Positions 42,622 to 53,402 of a stretch of 64,000 nucleotides of DNA are shown in pieces. The DNA is from an uncultured cyanobacterium (lineage in GTDB: Bacteria > Cyanobacteriota > Cyanobacteriia > Cyanobacteriales > CAWUOF01). The notes under the pieces were generated by a model that was given only the letters and a program-made list of their open reading frames with translations, ran no database searches and was not told where the DNA came from. The DNA lies in assembly GCA_963744145.1 (NCBI GenBank), contig CAVUSO010000001.1:4192001-4256000 (forward strand), given 5' to 3'. Within the stretch, counting starts at the first letter, position 1. Every line of letters starts with the position of its first letter. The position numbers and the translations under genes are program-made.

Positions 42622-45600
42622 CCAATCAATTAGATAATCAAGTTGTTTATCTGCACTTAATACTCCCATTCCTCTGACAGTTACTTTCCCTGGTGTATAA
42701 ACAAATTTGGGATGTAAATGTTCTGGCAGATTTGCTATTAATAATTTCCATCCAGGTTCTGCCATTGGTGTTTCTAAGACTATATGTTGTTTTCCTTCCG
42801 GTTTAATCCGCGAAAAACCGACTTTCTTACCCAGTTGTTTTAGTTCCATTACTCTTAATAATTGAGTAGCAGGAAGAGGAATATTACCGTAGCGATCGCA
42901 CCATTCCGAAGCGATCGCTGTTAATTCACCTTTTGATGTAGCAGCAGCGACCGCACGATAAGCACTCATTTTTTGATCTAAATCTGGAATATAATCAGCC
43001 GGAATAAAGGCAGTTAAACTCAAATCAATTTGGGTATCATCAACTTGGGGAATTTCCTGACCTCTAATTTCTCGAATTGCTTCTTGTAACATTTCTGTAT
43101 AAAGATCAAATCCAATTGCATCCAATTGACCTGATTGTTCAGCTCCCAAAATATCTCCGACCCCGCGAATTTCCATATCGCGCATTGCTAACTGATATCC
43201 CGAACCTAATTGGGTAAATTCTTGAATCGCTCGCAATCTTTTTCTAGCATCATCACTTAAAGCTCCTGTACCATGTTCACCAGCAGGATAAAATAACCAA
43301 GCATGGGCTTGAATTCCAGCTCTTCCTACTCTACCGCGCAATTGATAAAGTTGAGCTAATCCAAACCGATGAGCATCTTCTATTAAAATAGTATTTACTC
43401 GGGGAATATCTAACCCAGATTCAATAATTGTCGTACAAATTAAAATATCGGCTTCACCATTACTAAAACTGAGCATAGTAGCTTCCAATTCTGATTCAGC
43501 CAATTGACCATGAGCGATCGCAATTCGCGCTCCTGGGATCATTAATTGTAACTTAACGGCAATTTCCTCAATCCCTTCAATCCGAGGGACTACATAAAAC
43601 ACCTGACCTCCCCGATCTAATTCTTGTCGAATTCCGGTCCGAACTGCATCAGGATGATAAGGAGCTAAATGAGTTTGAATGGGACGACGTGAGGGAGGTG
43701 GAGTAGTAATCAAACTCATCTCCCGAATTCCAGACAATGCCATATATAATGTGCGCGGGATCGGTGTAGCTGTTAATGTCAATACATCTACTTGAGCTTT
43801 GAGACTTTTAATCTTTTCTTTTTGAGTGACTCCAAACCGTTGTTCTTCATCTACTACCAACAGTCCCAAATCCTTAAAATTAACTCCCTTACCTAAAATT
43901 GCATGAGTCCCCACTACTACATCTAACTCTCCAGTCGCTAAACGTCGTTGAATGTCCCGTCGTTCATCAGCAGACCGAAAACGATTTAATAGTCCCACAT
44001 TAATTGGGTAAGGAGCAAAACGTTCTTTTAAAGTGTGATAGTGCTGCTGAGTTAGAATTGTGGTAGGAGCCAATAAAGCCACCTGTTTACCAGCAGTAAT
44101 AGCTTTAAAAATACTTCTAATCGCTACCTCAGTTTTGCCAAAACCCACATCCCCACAGACTAAACGATCCATGGGTTGGTTTGATTCCATATCTCGTTTG
44201 ACATCTTGGGTTGCTTTCAACTGATCGGGAGTTGGTTGATAATGAAACGAATCTTCTAATTCCTCTTGCCAAGGTAAATCAGGTGGATAAGCATAACCTT
44301 GTTGTTGCGCTCTTTTAGCATAAAGCTTCAGCAAATCAACTGCTAATTTTTTAATGGCTTTTCTAGCCCTACTTTTAGTATTCTCCCAAGCTTTCCCGGT
44401 TAATTTACTTAATTCTGGTGCTTTATCACCTGCGGTCCGATAGCGAGATAATGATCCCAACTGATCAGCTGCGACTCTGAGTAAACCATCAGCATACTTC
44501 ACTACTAAATATTCGCGAGTTTCATTATTCAGGGTGAGACTTTCCAATTTGAGAAATTTCCCTACCCCATGACGTTTGTGAACGACATAATCTCCTTGAC
44601 TTAATTTATTGGGATCAACTTGTTGAGAAGCAGCACGACGACGTTTCCGAATATAGCCCACACTTGCTAAAACGTGCTGACCATAAAATTCCCGATCGGT
44701 GACGATGATCAGTCGGAAGGTGGGGAGAAGAAAACCTTCTAATTCCGCTAAACCACTATATTTCAGAGCGATCGGGATATGTTGGGTATGGAGTTTATCG
44801 ATCGCGGGATAGTCGTGGGGATTAGGAATAAATTGGGCAGGACAATCATGTTCTTGTAATAAAGACACACTCCGACTAGGTTGAGCAGAAATCAGAAAGA
44901 CCGAAAACCCTTGAATAATTTCACTCCGAATCGTTTCAGCAATTTTAGCAAATTGGTGGGGCATTACCGGTAAAGGACGACTCGCTAAATTCATTGGTTG
45001 ATAATTTTCTAGCGATCCCCGTTGACTGCGGTCTTCTACTAATTCCGATAGAAATATCCGCTCCCATTTAGCTGTAGCTTCCAAAGAATCGGCAAAATTG
45101 CGGTGCATTTTCAGAAACTGGTGGTTTGATAAGTCAGCACCTATAGTTAATTGTTGCCATTGTGCTTCAGTATGTTCCACCCAACGCAATCCGTGAGCGC
45201 TACATTGAGATACTTCATCGATCGCAATCAGGGTATCTGGAGGAAGATAGTCAAGTATACTAGCAGGTTGGGTAAATACCATTCCCAATAACTCAGACAG
45301 ACTTGGTTCTGAATCGAGATCAGACTCAAGTTGAGCTAAAACAATTGACCGAAAATCTGTCGGAGTCAGGGTAAGGTGATTAATTTTATCGAGCGATCGC
45401 TGGGTGGAGGGATCAAATTCTCGTAACTGTTCCAAATTATCCCCAAACCACTCTAACCGGACTGGTAGTTCTGCTGATACTGGGAATACATCAACTATAT
45501 CCCCACGCCGACTCCATTGACCTTCTGTTTCTACTAAGGCTACTCTTTCGTAACCTAATCGAGCTAGTTGGTTGTTAATCTCCTGAGAATCCAATGACAT

Positions 45601-46038
45601 TCCCCGTTTCAGGGTCAGACAATAGGATTTTAAGGTTTCTACTGGTGGTAAATGTTCCTGTAAAGCTCGTTCGGTGACGACGATCGCTTGATTTTTCGAC
45701 CCTTGCAATAATTCAGCTAATACTTGCATTTGACCCCAGGTAGTTTCTGATTCTGGGTGATAGCTCTCGTAGGGTGATGCTTCTGAGGTTGGATAAAAAT
45801 GTACTGTTTCCCAGCCGATCGCTTCTAGTTGGGCAAACCAGCGACCTGCTTCTTCTAAAGTTGCTGTGATTACTAATAAATTATGTTCTTGAGCTTGGGC
45901 TAAAGTCGAAGCAATCAAACCTTTGGGAAATCGGGATATCCCATTTAAGTATAAATTTTGCTGTCGATGCAGCTTATTCACCAGCTCCGTGGTGAGGGGC
46001 GATCGCTTGAGCAACCGAATTAGAGCAGAAAAAGCCAT
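42571..46038 (-). CDS. mfd: Transcription-repair coupling factor
   Basis: UvrB-like N-terminus, CarD/RID domain, [35 protein letters not shown]. Confidence 0.97.
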   Translation of the reverse strand: MAFSALIRLLKRSPLTTELVNKLHRQQNLYLNGISRFPKGLIASTLAQAQEHNLLVITATLEEAGRWFAQLEAIGWETVHFYPTSEASPYESYHPESETTWGQMQVLAELLQGSKNQAIVVTERALQEHLPPVETLKSYCLTLKRGMSLDSQEINNQLARLGYERVALVETEGQWSRRGDIVDVFPVSAELPVRLEWFGDNLEQLREFDPSTQRSLDKINHLTLTPTDFRSIVLAQLESDLDSEPSLSELLGMVFTQPASILDYLPPDTLIAIDEVSQCSAHGLRWVEHTEAQWQQLTIGADLSNHQFLKMHRNFADSLEATAKWERIFLSELVEDRSQRGSLENYQPMNLASRPLPVMPHQFAKIAETIRSEIIQGFSVFLISAQPSRSVSLLQEHDCPAQFIPNPHDYPAIDKLHTQHIPIALKYSGLAELEGFLLPTFRLIIVTDREFYGQHVLASVGYIRKRRRAASQQVDPNKLSQGDYVVHKRHGVGKFLKLESLTLNNETREYLVVKYADGLLRVAADQLGSLSRYRTAGDKAPELSKLTGKAWENTKSRARKAIKKLAVDLLKLYAKRAQQQGYAYPPDLPWQEELEDSFHYQPTPDQLKATQDVKRDMESNQPMDRLVCGDVGFGKTEVAIRSIFKAITAGKQVALLAPTTILTQQHYHTLKERFAPYPINVGLLNRFRSADERRDIQRRLATGELDVVVGTHAILGKGVNFKDLGLLVVDEEQRFGVTQKEKIKSLKAQVDVLTLTATPIPRTLYMALSGIREMSLITTPPPSRRPIQTHLAPYHPDAVRTGIRQELDRGGQVFYVVPRIEGIEEIAVKLQLMIPGARIAIAHGQLAESELEATMLSFSNGEADILICTTIIESGLDIPRVNTILIEDAHRFGLAQLYQLRGRVGRAGIQAHAWLFYPAGEHGTGALSDDARKRLRAIQEFTQLGSGYQLAMRDMEIRGVGDILGAEQSGQLDAIGFDLYTEMLQEAIREIRGQEIPQVDDTQIDLSLTAFIPADYIPDLDQKMSAYRAVAAATSKGELTAIASEWCDRYGNIPLPATQLLRVMELKQLGKKVGFSRIKPEGKQHIVLETPMAEPGWKLLIANLPEHLHPKFVYTPGKVTVRGMGVLSADKQLDYLIDWLGKMQGALTEPSWIEK

Positions 46039-46098
46039 AGCATAGTTAGAAATAATCTACTAAAATATAAGCTAATATATTAATGCCATCTACATGGT

Positions 46099-46240
46099 TA
46101 ATACCAATTTAATGTGAAGTTGCACAGATTTAGATCCCCCTCGCATCCCCATTAACAAGGGGGACTTTGAATTCTGGCTCCCCCTTTTTAAGGGGGTTGG
46201 GGGGATCGATCCTATACAGCTTCATCAAAAATTGGTATAA
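46099..46240. repeat. TIR element (TAATACCAATT...AATTGGTATAA) enclosing CCCCC/GGGGG hairpins
   Basis: Inverted ends with inner tgaag/cttca; same ends as 63557-63806. Confidence 0.75.
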
Positions 46241-46480
46241 GACTACCCTCCTCACGCTGGGTTTTGCCAACTCAAACCCATGACCATCAGGTGATGCGGA
46301 AAGTTGTCGGGTTTTTTTGTGTTTTTTTTCAAAAAAGGCTTGCCAGAAACAAGCATGATAAGGTAGAAATTAAGTGTAGTTGCTTTCCTAACAGCGGAAT
46401 CTGCGAATTAGGTGAAAAATCCACATCAGAAAGCAATGGTTAGGCAGTATTTGCAAAATTCAATTATGACCACACATCTT

Positions 46481-46696
46481 ATGAACCAGCAGGTTATTCA
46501 CCCGATGGTGAAGTTACAGAGTCAAGTACGCTCTCTAGTAGAGTCCAAAATCATCAAACCAACGGATAGCCTGTGGAAAATCGCTTTTCTGTACGGAGAT
46601 GAATGGTCTTACTGGAAAAAAGAACTATTAGCTTATGAGTTCACTTTACAAGATCCAGTAAGCTACCTCCTCGATGTCGAAGAGTGGGAAGGTTAA
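46481..46696 (+). CDS. DUF4327 family small protein
   Basis: HPMVKLQ.QVRSLV...DSLWKIAFLYGDEW...QDP; start uncertain. Confidence 0.75.
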   Translation: MNQQVIHPMVKLQSQVRSLVESKIIKPTDSLWKIAFLYGDEWSYWKKELLAYEFTLQDPVSYLLDVEEWEG

Positions 46697-46703
46697 TCCG
46701 TTC

Positions 46704-47990
46704 CTACAAACAAGCACTTAATGCTTGAGCAAGTTCCTGAGCGGTTTGATAGCGATCCCGTGGTCGTGGCTCCGTCACCCGCTCAATTACCTCTCTCACT
46801 TTTGGGGTAATAGTTGGCACATTTTCCACATTAAATCGATACTCTGCACCGCGTGGTTTATAAAAGTTAGATGGGCTTTTCCCAGTTAACAGAAAAATTA
46901 ATGTCGGACCAATAGCATAAAGATCAGATTGAGTCAGGGGTTGACCCTGTTCCTGTTCCACGGGACTATAATCGGGAGCGCCAATCCTGGTCCCGGAAGG
47001 TGTGCCAATTTCTTTGACCGCTCCAAAATCTAACACGATCACTCGGTTATCCAAATTCCGGACTAGCAAATTAGCTGGTTTAATGTCGCGATGGATAATC
47101 GGTGGTGTTTGGCTATGGATATACTCTAAAACCTCACAAGTTTGACACATCCAGGCGATCGCTTGAGCTAAAATCACCGGACCGGTAGTAATTACTCGTT
47201 TTTCTAAATCCTGACCGTGAACCATTTCCATTGCTAAATATTTTTTGCCACCTTCGACAAAAAAATCGTAATACTGGGGAATCCCAGGATGACGGATGTT
47301 TTGGAGAATTCGAGCTTCACGCTCAAATAGTTCACGCGCTTTAGCAATTTTTGCCATATCCGCGTTCATTTCTTTGAGAACGACGATCGCTGGAATTTTC
47401 GCGATCGCTCGTTCCCGATCCCAGGCTAAATAAGTAGTACCCATTCCTCCCTGTCCGAGAATCCGCAAAACTTGATAATTTCGGATCGTGCGTTGCACAT
47501 TCAGGGGTTGACCACATTGGAGACAAAACAAATTTTGGGGCAAATTCACATTGCCACAATAGTTACATAGTCCTGGGTTCTGAATTTTCGGGGAGGGGGG
47601 AGGATGACCCTGATTGGGGACAATTCCCCCCTGATTGATGGGTGGAAGAGGAGATGATATTCCTAATGATCCAGCAGGTTGCTGGGTAAACTGCAATAGC
47701 GGTCCACCCCAGCCTAATTGAATTAAACAACCATCCGTAACTAATCCTTGAGACATCAGGACATCATTAACAAAAGTCCCATTTGTCCCTTTGTTAATTA
47801 GTTGCCATAAATGCTGTTGTCCTAAATTCCCACTTTGTCGAAGTTCCAAATGATAGCGTGATACCAAAGGATTGTTCAACACAATTTGGTTATCCGGAGA
47901 ACGACCAATGCGAATGACGGGATCGGTGTCAAATTTCCACTGGTGCAGAGGAGTCTTTTTTTGGGGATCTAAAAGAGTAAGAGTGACCAC
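46704..47990 (-). CDS. FHA-domain, zinc-ribbon Ser/Thr protein kinase
   Basis: IGRSPDN..VSRYH..NGTFVN (FHA), CxxC..CxxC, GQGGMG, HRDIKPAN, DFG. Confidence 0.93.
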   Translation of the reverse strand: MVTLTLLDPQKKTPLHQWKFDTDPVIRIGRSPDNQIVLNNPLVSRYHLELRQSGNLGQQHLWQLINKGTNGTFVNDVLMSQGLVTDGCLIQLGWGGPLLQFTQQPAGSLGISSPLPPINQGGIVPNQGHPPPSPKIQNPGLCNYCGNVNLPQNLFCLQCGQPLNVQRTIRNYQVLRILGQGGMGTTYLAWDRERAIAKIPAIVVLKEMNADMAKIAKARELFEREARILQNIRHPGIPQYYDFFVEGGKKYLAMEMVHGQDLEKRVITTGPVILAQAIAWMCQTCEVLEYIHSQTPPIIHRDIKPANLLVRNLDNRVIVLDFGAVKEIGTPSGTRIGAPDYSPVEQEQGQPLTQSDLYAIGPTLIFLLTGKSPSNFYKPRGAEYRFNVENVPTITPKVREVIERVTEPRPRDRYQTAQELAQALSACL

Positions 47991-48031
47991 ATCAGCCAGA
48001 AAATTCAGGGATCAGATAGGGAGCAATTACC

Positions 48032-50090
48032 TTACCGCTCTTGGTAAGGTCGCACCAAAGCTCGGATGACCAAAAGCGTAATATTATCATGACCATTATG
48101 TTGATTAGCTAAGGCAATTAATTCGATCACACTTTGTTCCAAATTAACTTGAGGATTAAACAGAGGTTTTAAATGGGTTTGCCAATGGGTTTCTAACAAA
48201 TTATGGTCAGTAAGACCATCTGATGCCAGAATCAGGATGGTATCTTCACTAAGATCCAAAAACTGAATATCCGGATGAACAAAACTGTCATTGCGCGGTC
48301 CTAATGCTTGGGTCAGTTGATAAGCATCTGGACGTCCATAAGCAATATCAGGCGCAACTCCCCGTTTAATTTCTCTTTGTCCAACTTCATGATCAACAGT
48401 GACTTGCTCTAAATCTACACGTCGGCGGAGACGATAAAGACGAGAATCACCAACATGAGCAACTGCAATTCTCATATCTTGCACTAAGACCATGACCAAA
48501 GTAGTCCCCATCCGACTACTACCCATCCGCGCATCTTTTTGATTGAGGTCATAGATCGCTTGATTAGCTACTTGTACCGCTTCACGGATGCTAGCTTCAT
48601 TGGGTAATTGTCCTGAGTGCCAATTGGTTTGAAAATATTGTTTGAGATGTTCCACCGCGATCTTACTAGCGACCTCACCACCTTCATGTCCACCCATCCC
48701 ATCGCACAGAATATACAAACCGCGAACTTTGAGGGTGCGACGGGAGGGAGTTTCTACCTTAATAATTTCATGCCAAATCTCAAACAAATCCTCATTATGA
48801 TCGCGTTGACGACCTACATCCGTCGCTCCCGCATCTTCAAATGCAACTAGGTGCATGGGTAACACCATTGTTGGCATATCATCACCCCCCATACTGATAT
48901 CCTCCTCAGCAGGAGAAAGTTGTAGATAAGTCGGAGCGAGAGTCGTTGTAGAAACAGGAGACACCGGACTAGATTCTTCTTGGTCAAGTTCGATCCGGAT
49001 TGCATCTAAACGCGATCGCAGCTCTTCAGTGGTAGTAATTTCTCCTGTTTCTAGGTCGCGGAGGAGGTGCCTTAATCGGTCCAATTTGAGTACGTTGGGA
49101 TTGAGTAAATAAATGTTGCCACACTTGTCCCAACTCTATTAGCGTTGGGGGAGTGGTAGGGTTTCGATTAGGATACAAACGGCGCAAACACAAAACCTGG
49201 TCTTCATCTAAACGCAGATTATCAATTTCTAGCAAGCTTTGGGTGCAATTCCATTCACTGGTAGCTATCCACAGTTTTAGCATGGCGGCTAACCAGGACA
49301 AACTCTGCCCAAGCAAAACCGTTCGATCGCGCCATCGATCTACTAACAATGGTAAATCCCCACGATTTTCTAACAATATCACTGTCTGACTACCTTGCTG
49401 CCAAGCGTCATGAATGGCTGGCAAACTGGGAAATAGTTCTGCTCCTAACTCTAAATAAGCTCTAGCCAAAGGGGGAAAAGCTAAGGTAGATTCTCGGGTT
49501 GAGGATTCTTGCATTGCTTGGAGCAGAGACATCTGGAATGGCTGAAGGTCAAGTACCTTTATTTCTATTTCCTGACTAGTGAGATTTGGTGTGGTTAACT
49601 GATCGAGCAAGCGATAACGCTGTTGGGAATCTAAATACTCAAATGCTGGAGACTGGACATCTTCTTGGGTTGGTAATATTTCTGATTTCCCATCAGCATC
49701 GATGGGAGTTACCTCCTTATTAGTTGTATTGACGGGGATTTCTGTTTCATTGACACAAATTTCTGGTGATTCCGGAGTGAGCAGTTCCGGGTGATTTAAA
49801 GCTAGTTGAGTAAATGGGTCTAGTTGGTCTCGTGGTCTAGAGGGCAAAGGTTCAACTCTCTTTGACGTTACCTGAATCGAGTGGCTCGGATTGACAGCAT
49901 TGGGGGCTTCGGAAATAATCCCTAACCAGATCGTGCCGGCGATTGTGCCACAATTTTGGCATTGTTCTAAATCCAATGGCACCTGAGTGCCACATTCGCA
50001 ACAGATTTTGTGGGTCAGGGAGATCCCGCACTGCTGACAAAATTTATTGATGTTGGGGTTGGCAAAATGACATTGAGGGCAAACAAGCAT
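48032..50090 (-). pseudogene. PP2C Ser/Thr phosphatase with N-terminal double zinc ribbon, split by a +1 frameshift at ~49076
   Basis: ORF1 MLVCPQC...SQRTQIGP; ORF2 LRHLLRDL...GRQRDHNED, CDGMGG, HVGDSR, SDGL, HDNIT. Deleting one base joins them as QIGPLRHLL. Confidence 0.85.
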
Positions 50091-50118
50091 TGCTAATTGC
50101 TAATTGCTAATTGCTAAT
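50091..50118. repeat. Heptamer short tandem repeat (TGCTAAT)x4
   Basis: Directly upstream of the phosphatase ATG; STRR-like. Confidence 0.8.
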
Positions 50119-50193
50119 TAAATTAACGGTTATTGGTCAAACAGTAAGCATCAAGAATATCGAAGTTAGCAACAGGGTTTAATCTATTACATC

Positions 50194-53151
50194 TTAGGCA
50201 TTCGCCATTAATGGTAACTCAACTGTAAAACAGGTCTGACAGTTTTTGCTGTAAACATTGATTGTCCCACCTAGGTGTTCTGTGAGTTTTTGCACTAGTG
50301 CTAGACCTAATCCTGTCCCACCTTGTTTCCAGGGATCGGCACTCGGAATCCGATAAAACTTGTCAAAAATTCGTGATTGCTCACTCTGGGCTATTTCGAT
50401 CCCAGAATTAATTACTTGTAATCGTAACTGATCAGATTTAGCCATCACCTTCAGGTCAATTTTTTCATTGGGAGGAGTATATTTACAAGCATTATTGAGT
50501 AATTCTACGAGAATCCGATCCAGACTAGTGGGATCGCAAAATAATAAAGGTAAATCTGAGTCGATATCGACTTGAAATATTTGCGATCGCTTTTGGGCAC
50601 GTTCTACGAAAGGCTGTACTATTTTCGAGATCCATTCTAATAAATTAATTTGACTGATGGTGATGGGTCTGGCCCCAGCATCAAGAGATTGGAGATCGAG
50701 TAAATCATTGATTAAGCTGATTTCTCGTTCACATTCGGTTTGTAAAATTTGCAGATATCGTTCGGATAAGGAGAAGTTTAGTTCTTTTTTGGCTAGTTGG
50801 AGTTGGAGAGCCCTGGTTAAGGAATGCAGCCCCATTTTAATATTGGTCATCGGTGTTCGCAGTTCGTGAGATACTGTACTCAAAAAGTCATCTTTGAGCA
50901 AGCTGAGTTTACGCAATTCTTCTACTTGGGTTTGAGCAGATTGGAACAGTCGAGCTTGACGAATCGCGATCGCACATTGATTTGCTACCTGTTGGACTAA
51001 TTGAATTTCGGTTTCTTCAAAATATCGGTGGGTTTGGTGGATTGCAGCTAAGTAGCCGATCGCGCCTCGATCATCAGAAATTGGGCATAATAGTTTGGCG
51101 GCTAGATGAGAAAATACTGATGGACAAGCTAAATCCCCGCTTTCGACTTGGAGTTGGGGATAGAAACGTTTATTTCGGTTAGTTAAGCGCGAATTCAAGT
51201 TAACTTTGCTGCGAAGATTGTAGTCAGTAAAAACTTCTCCATCTTGGAGTTGATGATGCACCCAAGGAGAATCGACGATCGCGAGGGTTTGACCAATTGC
51301 TGATCCTAATTCTGGTTGAGTTGATTCATAACGGATTGTGGCTGTAGTGCGTTCTTGATTATATAAAATGGCACCACAATAATCGATTTTCAGAACATTG
51401 GCAATTTGTTGTACTGCTGTTTGTAAAATCTGGCTTTCATCGAGACTATCGCGCACTTTATCGGTAATTTTTTGCAATCCAGCGGCAAAATTTAGTGCTT
51501 GTTGTAATTGGGTAGTGCGTTGATTAACTTGTTTTTCTAAATTGGTTTGAGCTTGATATAGTTGTTGGAATAGGGAAGATTGTTGAATCGCGATCGCTAG
51601 TTGGTTAGCTAATTGTTTGAGTAAATCGATTTCTAAGGATTCCCATGCTCTTGGTGTCTGACAATGATGAGCGATTAATAATCCCCATAGTCGATTTGGG
51701 GATGGACTCTCATTAGTTTTGGTAAATTTATGATTTAATTCATCGATCGCTTCACGGTTGATTGATGTTGCTGTACTTTGTAAAATGGGAACGACTAAGT
51801 TCGCTTTTACTTGAAACTGGGCTAATAAATCTGTATGACAGGGATTTAATCCACTATGATAAATATCATCGATCGCTCGAACTCGACCTTGTTGGTAAAG
51901 GAAAATATATTTTTCACTAAAACAAATATCTTTAATTAAAGTACCTTGGATCGATAACCAATTAGGTGCAACTGATTCGACTACAACCGTCCCAGACAGA
52001 TCCGGTTCAAATTGATAAATCAGCACTCGATCTGTTTCTAAAAATTGTCTAACTTCTGCTACTGTAGTATTCAGAATTTCTGCTAGATTTAATGATTGAC
52101 GAATCCGTTGGGTAATCGAACTCATCAGACGTTCTCGCTCAGTTTGCTGTCTCAGCAATACTTCTGAGCGTTTTCGCTCGGTAATATCTTTAGCTGTAGA
52201 TACGAAGTGAGTAATCACTCCACTCACATCACGAATCGGAGTAATAGTTTTTTCTTCATAAAATAATTTGCCATTTTTATGACGATTAATAAATATGGAG
52301 CGAAAAACTAACCCAGTCTTAAGAGTTCTCCATAGCTCTTGATAAAATGATTTGTCATGTTTACCTGATTTGAGAATTGCTGGTGTTTGACTAATAGCTT
52401 CTATTGCGGTATAACCAGTTATTTGTTCAAAAGCTGGGTTAACATATTCAATTATACCATTTCGATCTGTAATTACTACGCTATCAGCAGTTTGCTCAAC
52501 AGCACTAGACAGTTGTTGCAAAATTTCCTCTGATTGAATCCGCAGTGAATTTTCTACTTTTGTCGGTGCAGCAATTTCTTTATATTCAGTAATGTTTTGA
52601 CCAATTAACAAGATAATTTGACCGAGATTGGGAGCTTTTTTTTCCGATGCGATCGCATTTAAAACTTCTTTTTTATCATATTTTTTGGCGATCGATAACA
52701 AGCTAATTGCTGCTTTAATCCATAAATTCTTACCAGTTTTTTCGACTAAGCAAATTTCCCATTCTTCCGAGCTTTTTTCTACTGAAGTTCGATGTTTTTG
52801 ACAAAGTAAGCGGATTTTTTCTAGCAGACTTTGGTGATATTTTTCCTGAATTAGCTTGAAGATGTTTGGTTGAACTGTTGACGTGATGATCTGCTGATTT
52901 TGAGGGTGAACAATTAATTCTTCAACTAGATAACCTAAAGATTCCGCACCAGTCTGATTGATCGCAAGAATTAATCCCGTTGGGTCGATCGCTAAACAGA
53001 AAAATGGTAAATTTTTATAGGGAGCAAAATAATTCTCTAGCTCAATTTGCAGAAAATTTGGCACTATATTGGTATTGAACCCCATTTTTTTTTCACAACA
53101 GGAATTTTCGCAAGAGGAATCAGGGTTAATCAGTTGATATTTATTGAGCAT
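50194..53151 (-). CDS. PAS-PAS-GAF-GAF sensor histidine kinase; first GAF is a DXCF-type cyanobacteriochrome
   Basis: YVNPAFEQITGY PAS; IKDICF...PCHTDLL.QFQVKANLVVPI; SHELRTPM; NACKY; GTGLGL. Confidence 0.9.
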   Translation of the reverse strand: MLNKYQLINPDSSCENSCCEKKMGFNTNIVPNFLQIELENYFAPYKNLPFFCLAIDPTGLILAINQTGAESLGYLVEELIVHPQNQQIITSTVQPNIFKLIQEKYHQSLLEKIRLLCQKHRTSVEKSSEEWEICLVEKTGKNLWIKAAISLLSIAKKYDKKEVLNAIASEKKAPNLGQIILLIGQNITEYKEIAAPTKVENSLRIQSEEILQQLSSAVEQTADSVVITDRNGIIEYVNPAFEQITGYTAIEAISQTPAILKSGKHDKSFYQELWRTLKTGLVFRSIFINRHKNGKLFYEEKTITPIRDVSGVITHFVSTAKDITERKRSEVLLRQQTERERLMSSITQRIRQSLNLAEILNTTVAEVRQFLETDRVLIYQFEPDLSGTVVVESVAPNWLSIQGTLIKDICFSEKYIFLYQQGRVRAIDDIYHSGLNPCHTDLLAQFQVKANLVVPILQSTATSINREAIDELNHKFTKTNESPSPNRLWGLLIAHHCQTPRAWESLEIDLLKQLANQLAIAIQQSSLFQQLYQAQTNLEKQVNQRTTQLQQALNFAAGLQKITDKVRDSLDESQILQTAVQQIANVLKIDYCGAILYNQERTTATIRYESTQPELGSAIGQTLAIVDSPWVHHQLQDGEVFTDYNLRSKVNLNSRLTNRNKRFYPQLQVESGDLACPSVFSHLAAKLLCPISDDRGAIGYLAAIHQTHRYFEETEIQLVQQVANQCAIAIRQARLFQSAQTQVEELRKLSLLKDDFLSTVSHELRTPMTNIKMGLHSLTRALQLQLAKKELNFSLSERYLQILQTECEREISLINDLLDLQSLDAGARPITISQINLLEWISKIVQPFVERAQKRSQIFQVDIDSDLPLLFCDPTSLDRILVELLNNACKYTPPNEKIDLKVMAKSDQLRLQVINSGIEIAQSEQSRIFDKFYRIPSADPWKQGGTGLGLALVQKLTEHLGGTINVYSKNCQTCFTVELPLMANA

Positions 53152-53368
53152 TATTAATTTCTATTCCTCCTAAAACTTTTGTTTATATTTTGGATTTAAT
53201 ATGATATTTTAGTGAATTTAATTTTTGAGAAATTTAGTTTTTGACCAACTCAGATTTCTAGGGATCAAGGTAACCTGTTTTGGACATAGAGATTTTGCGA
53301 CTCTAAACCAAAGATAACTTTGATTCTCTCATTTCAATATGCCACTATTTTATTAAAAAATAACAAAT

Positions 53369-53395
53369 GTAGAGACGTTCCGGTGGAACGTCTCT
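53369..53395 (+). repeat. Single GTAG-type REP hairpin
   Basis: GTAGAGACGTTCCGGTGGAACGTCTCT just past the cimA stop. Confidence 0.75.
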
Positions 53396-53402
53396 GTCTA
53401 AT

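Noticed and set aside
46243..46325. Possible riboswitch upstream of the DUF4327 gene or mfd
   Set aside because: Has a tgggttt/aaaccca hairpin and a T-run, but I could not match it to any riboswitch consensus.
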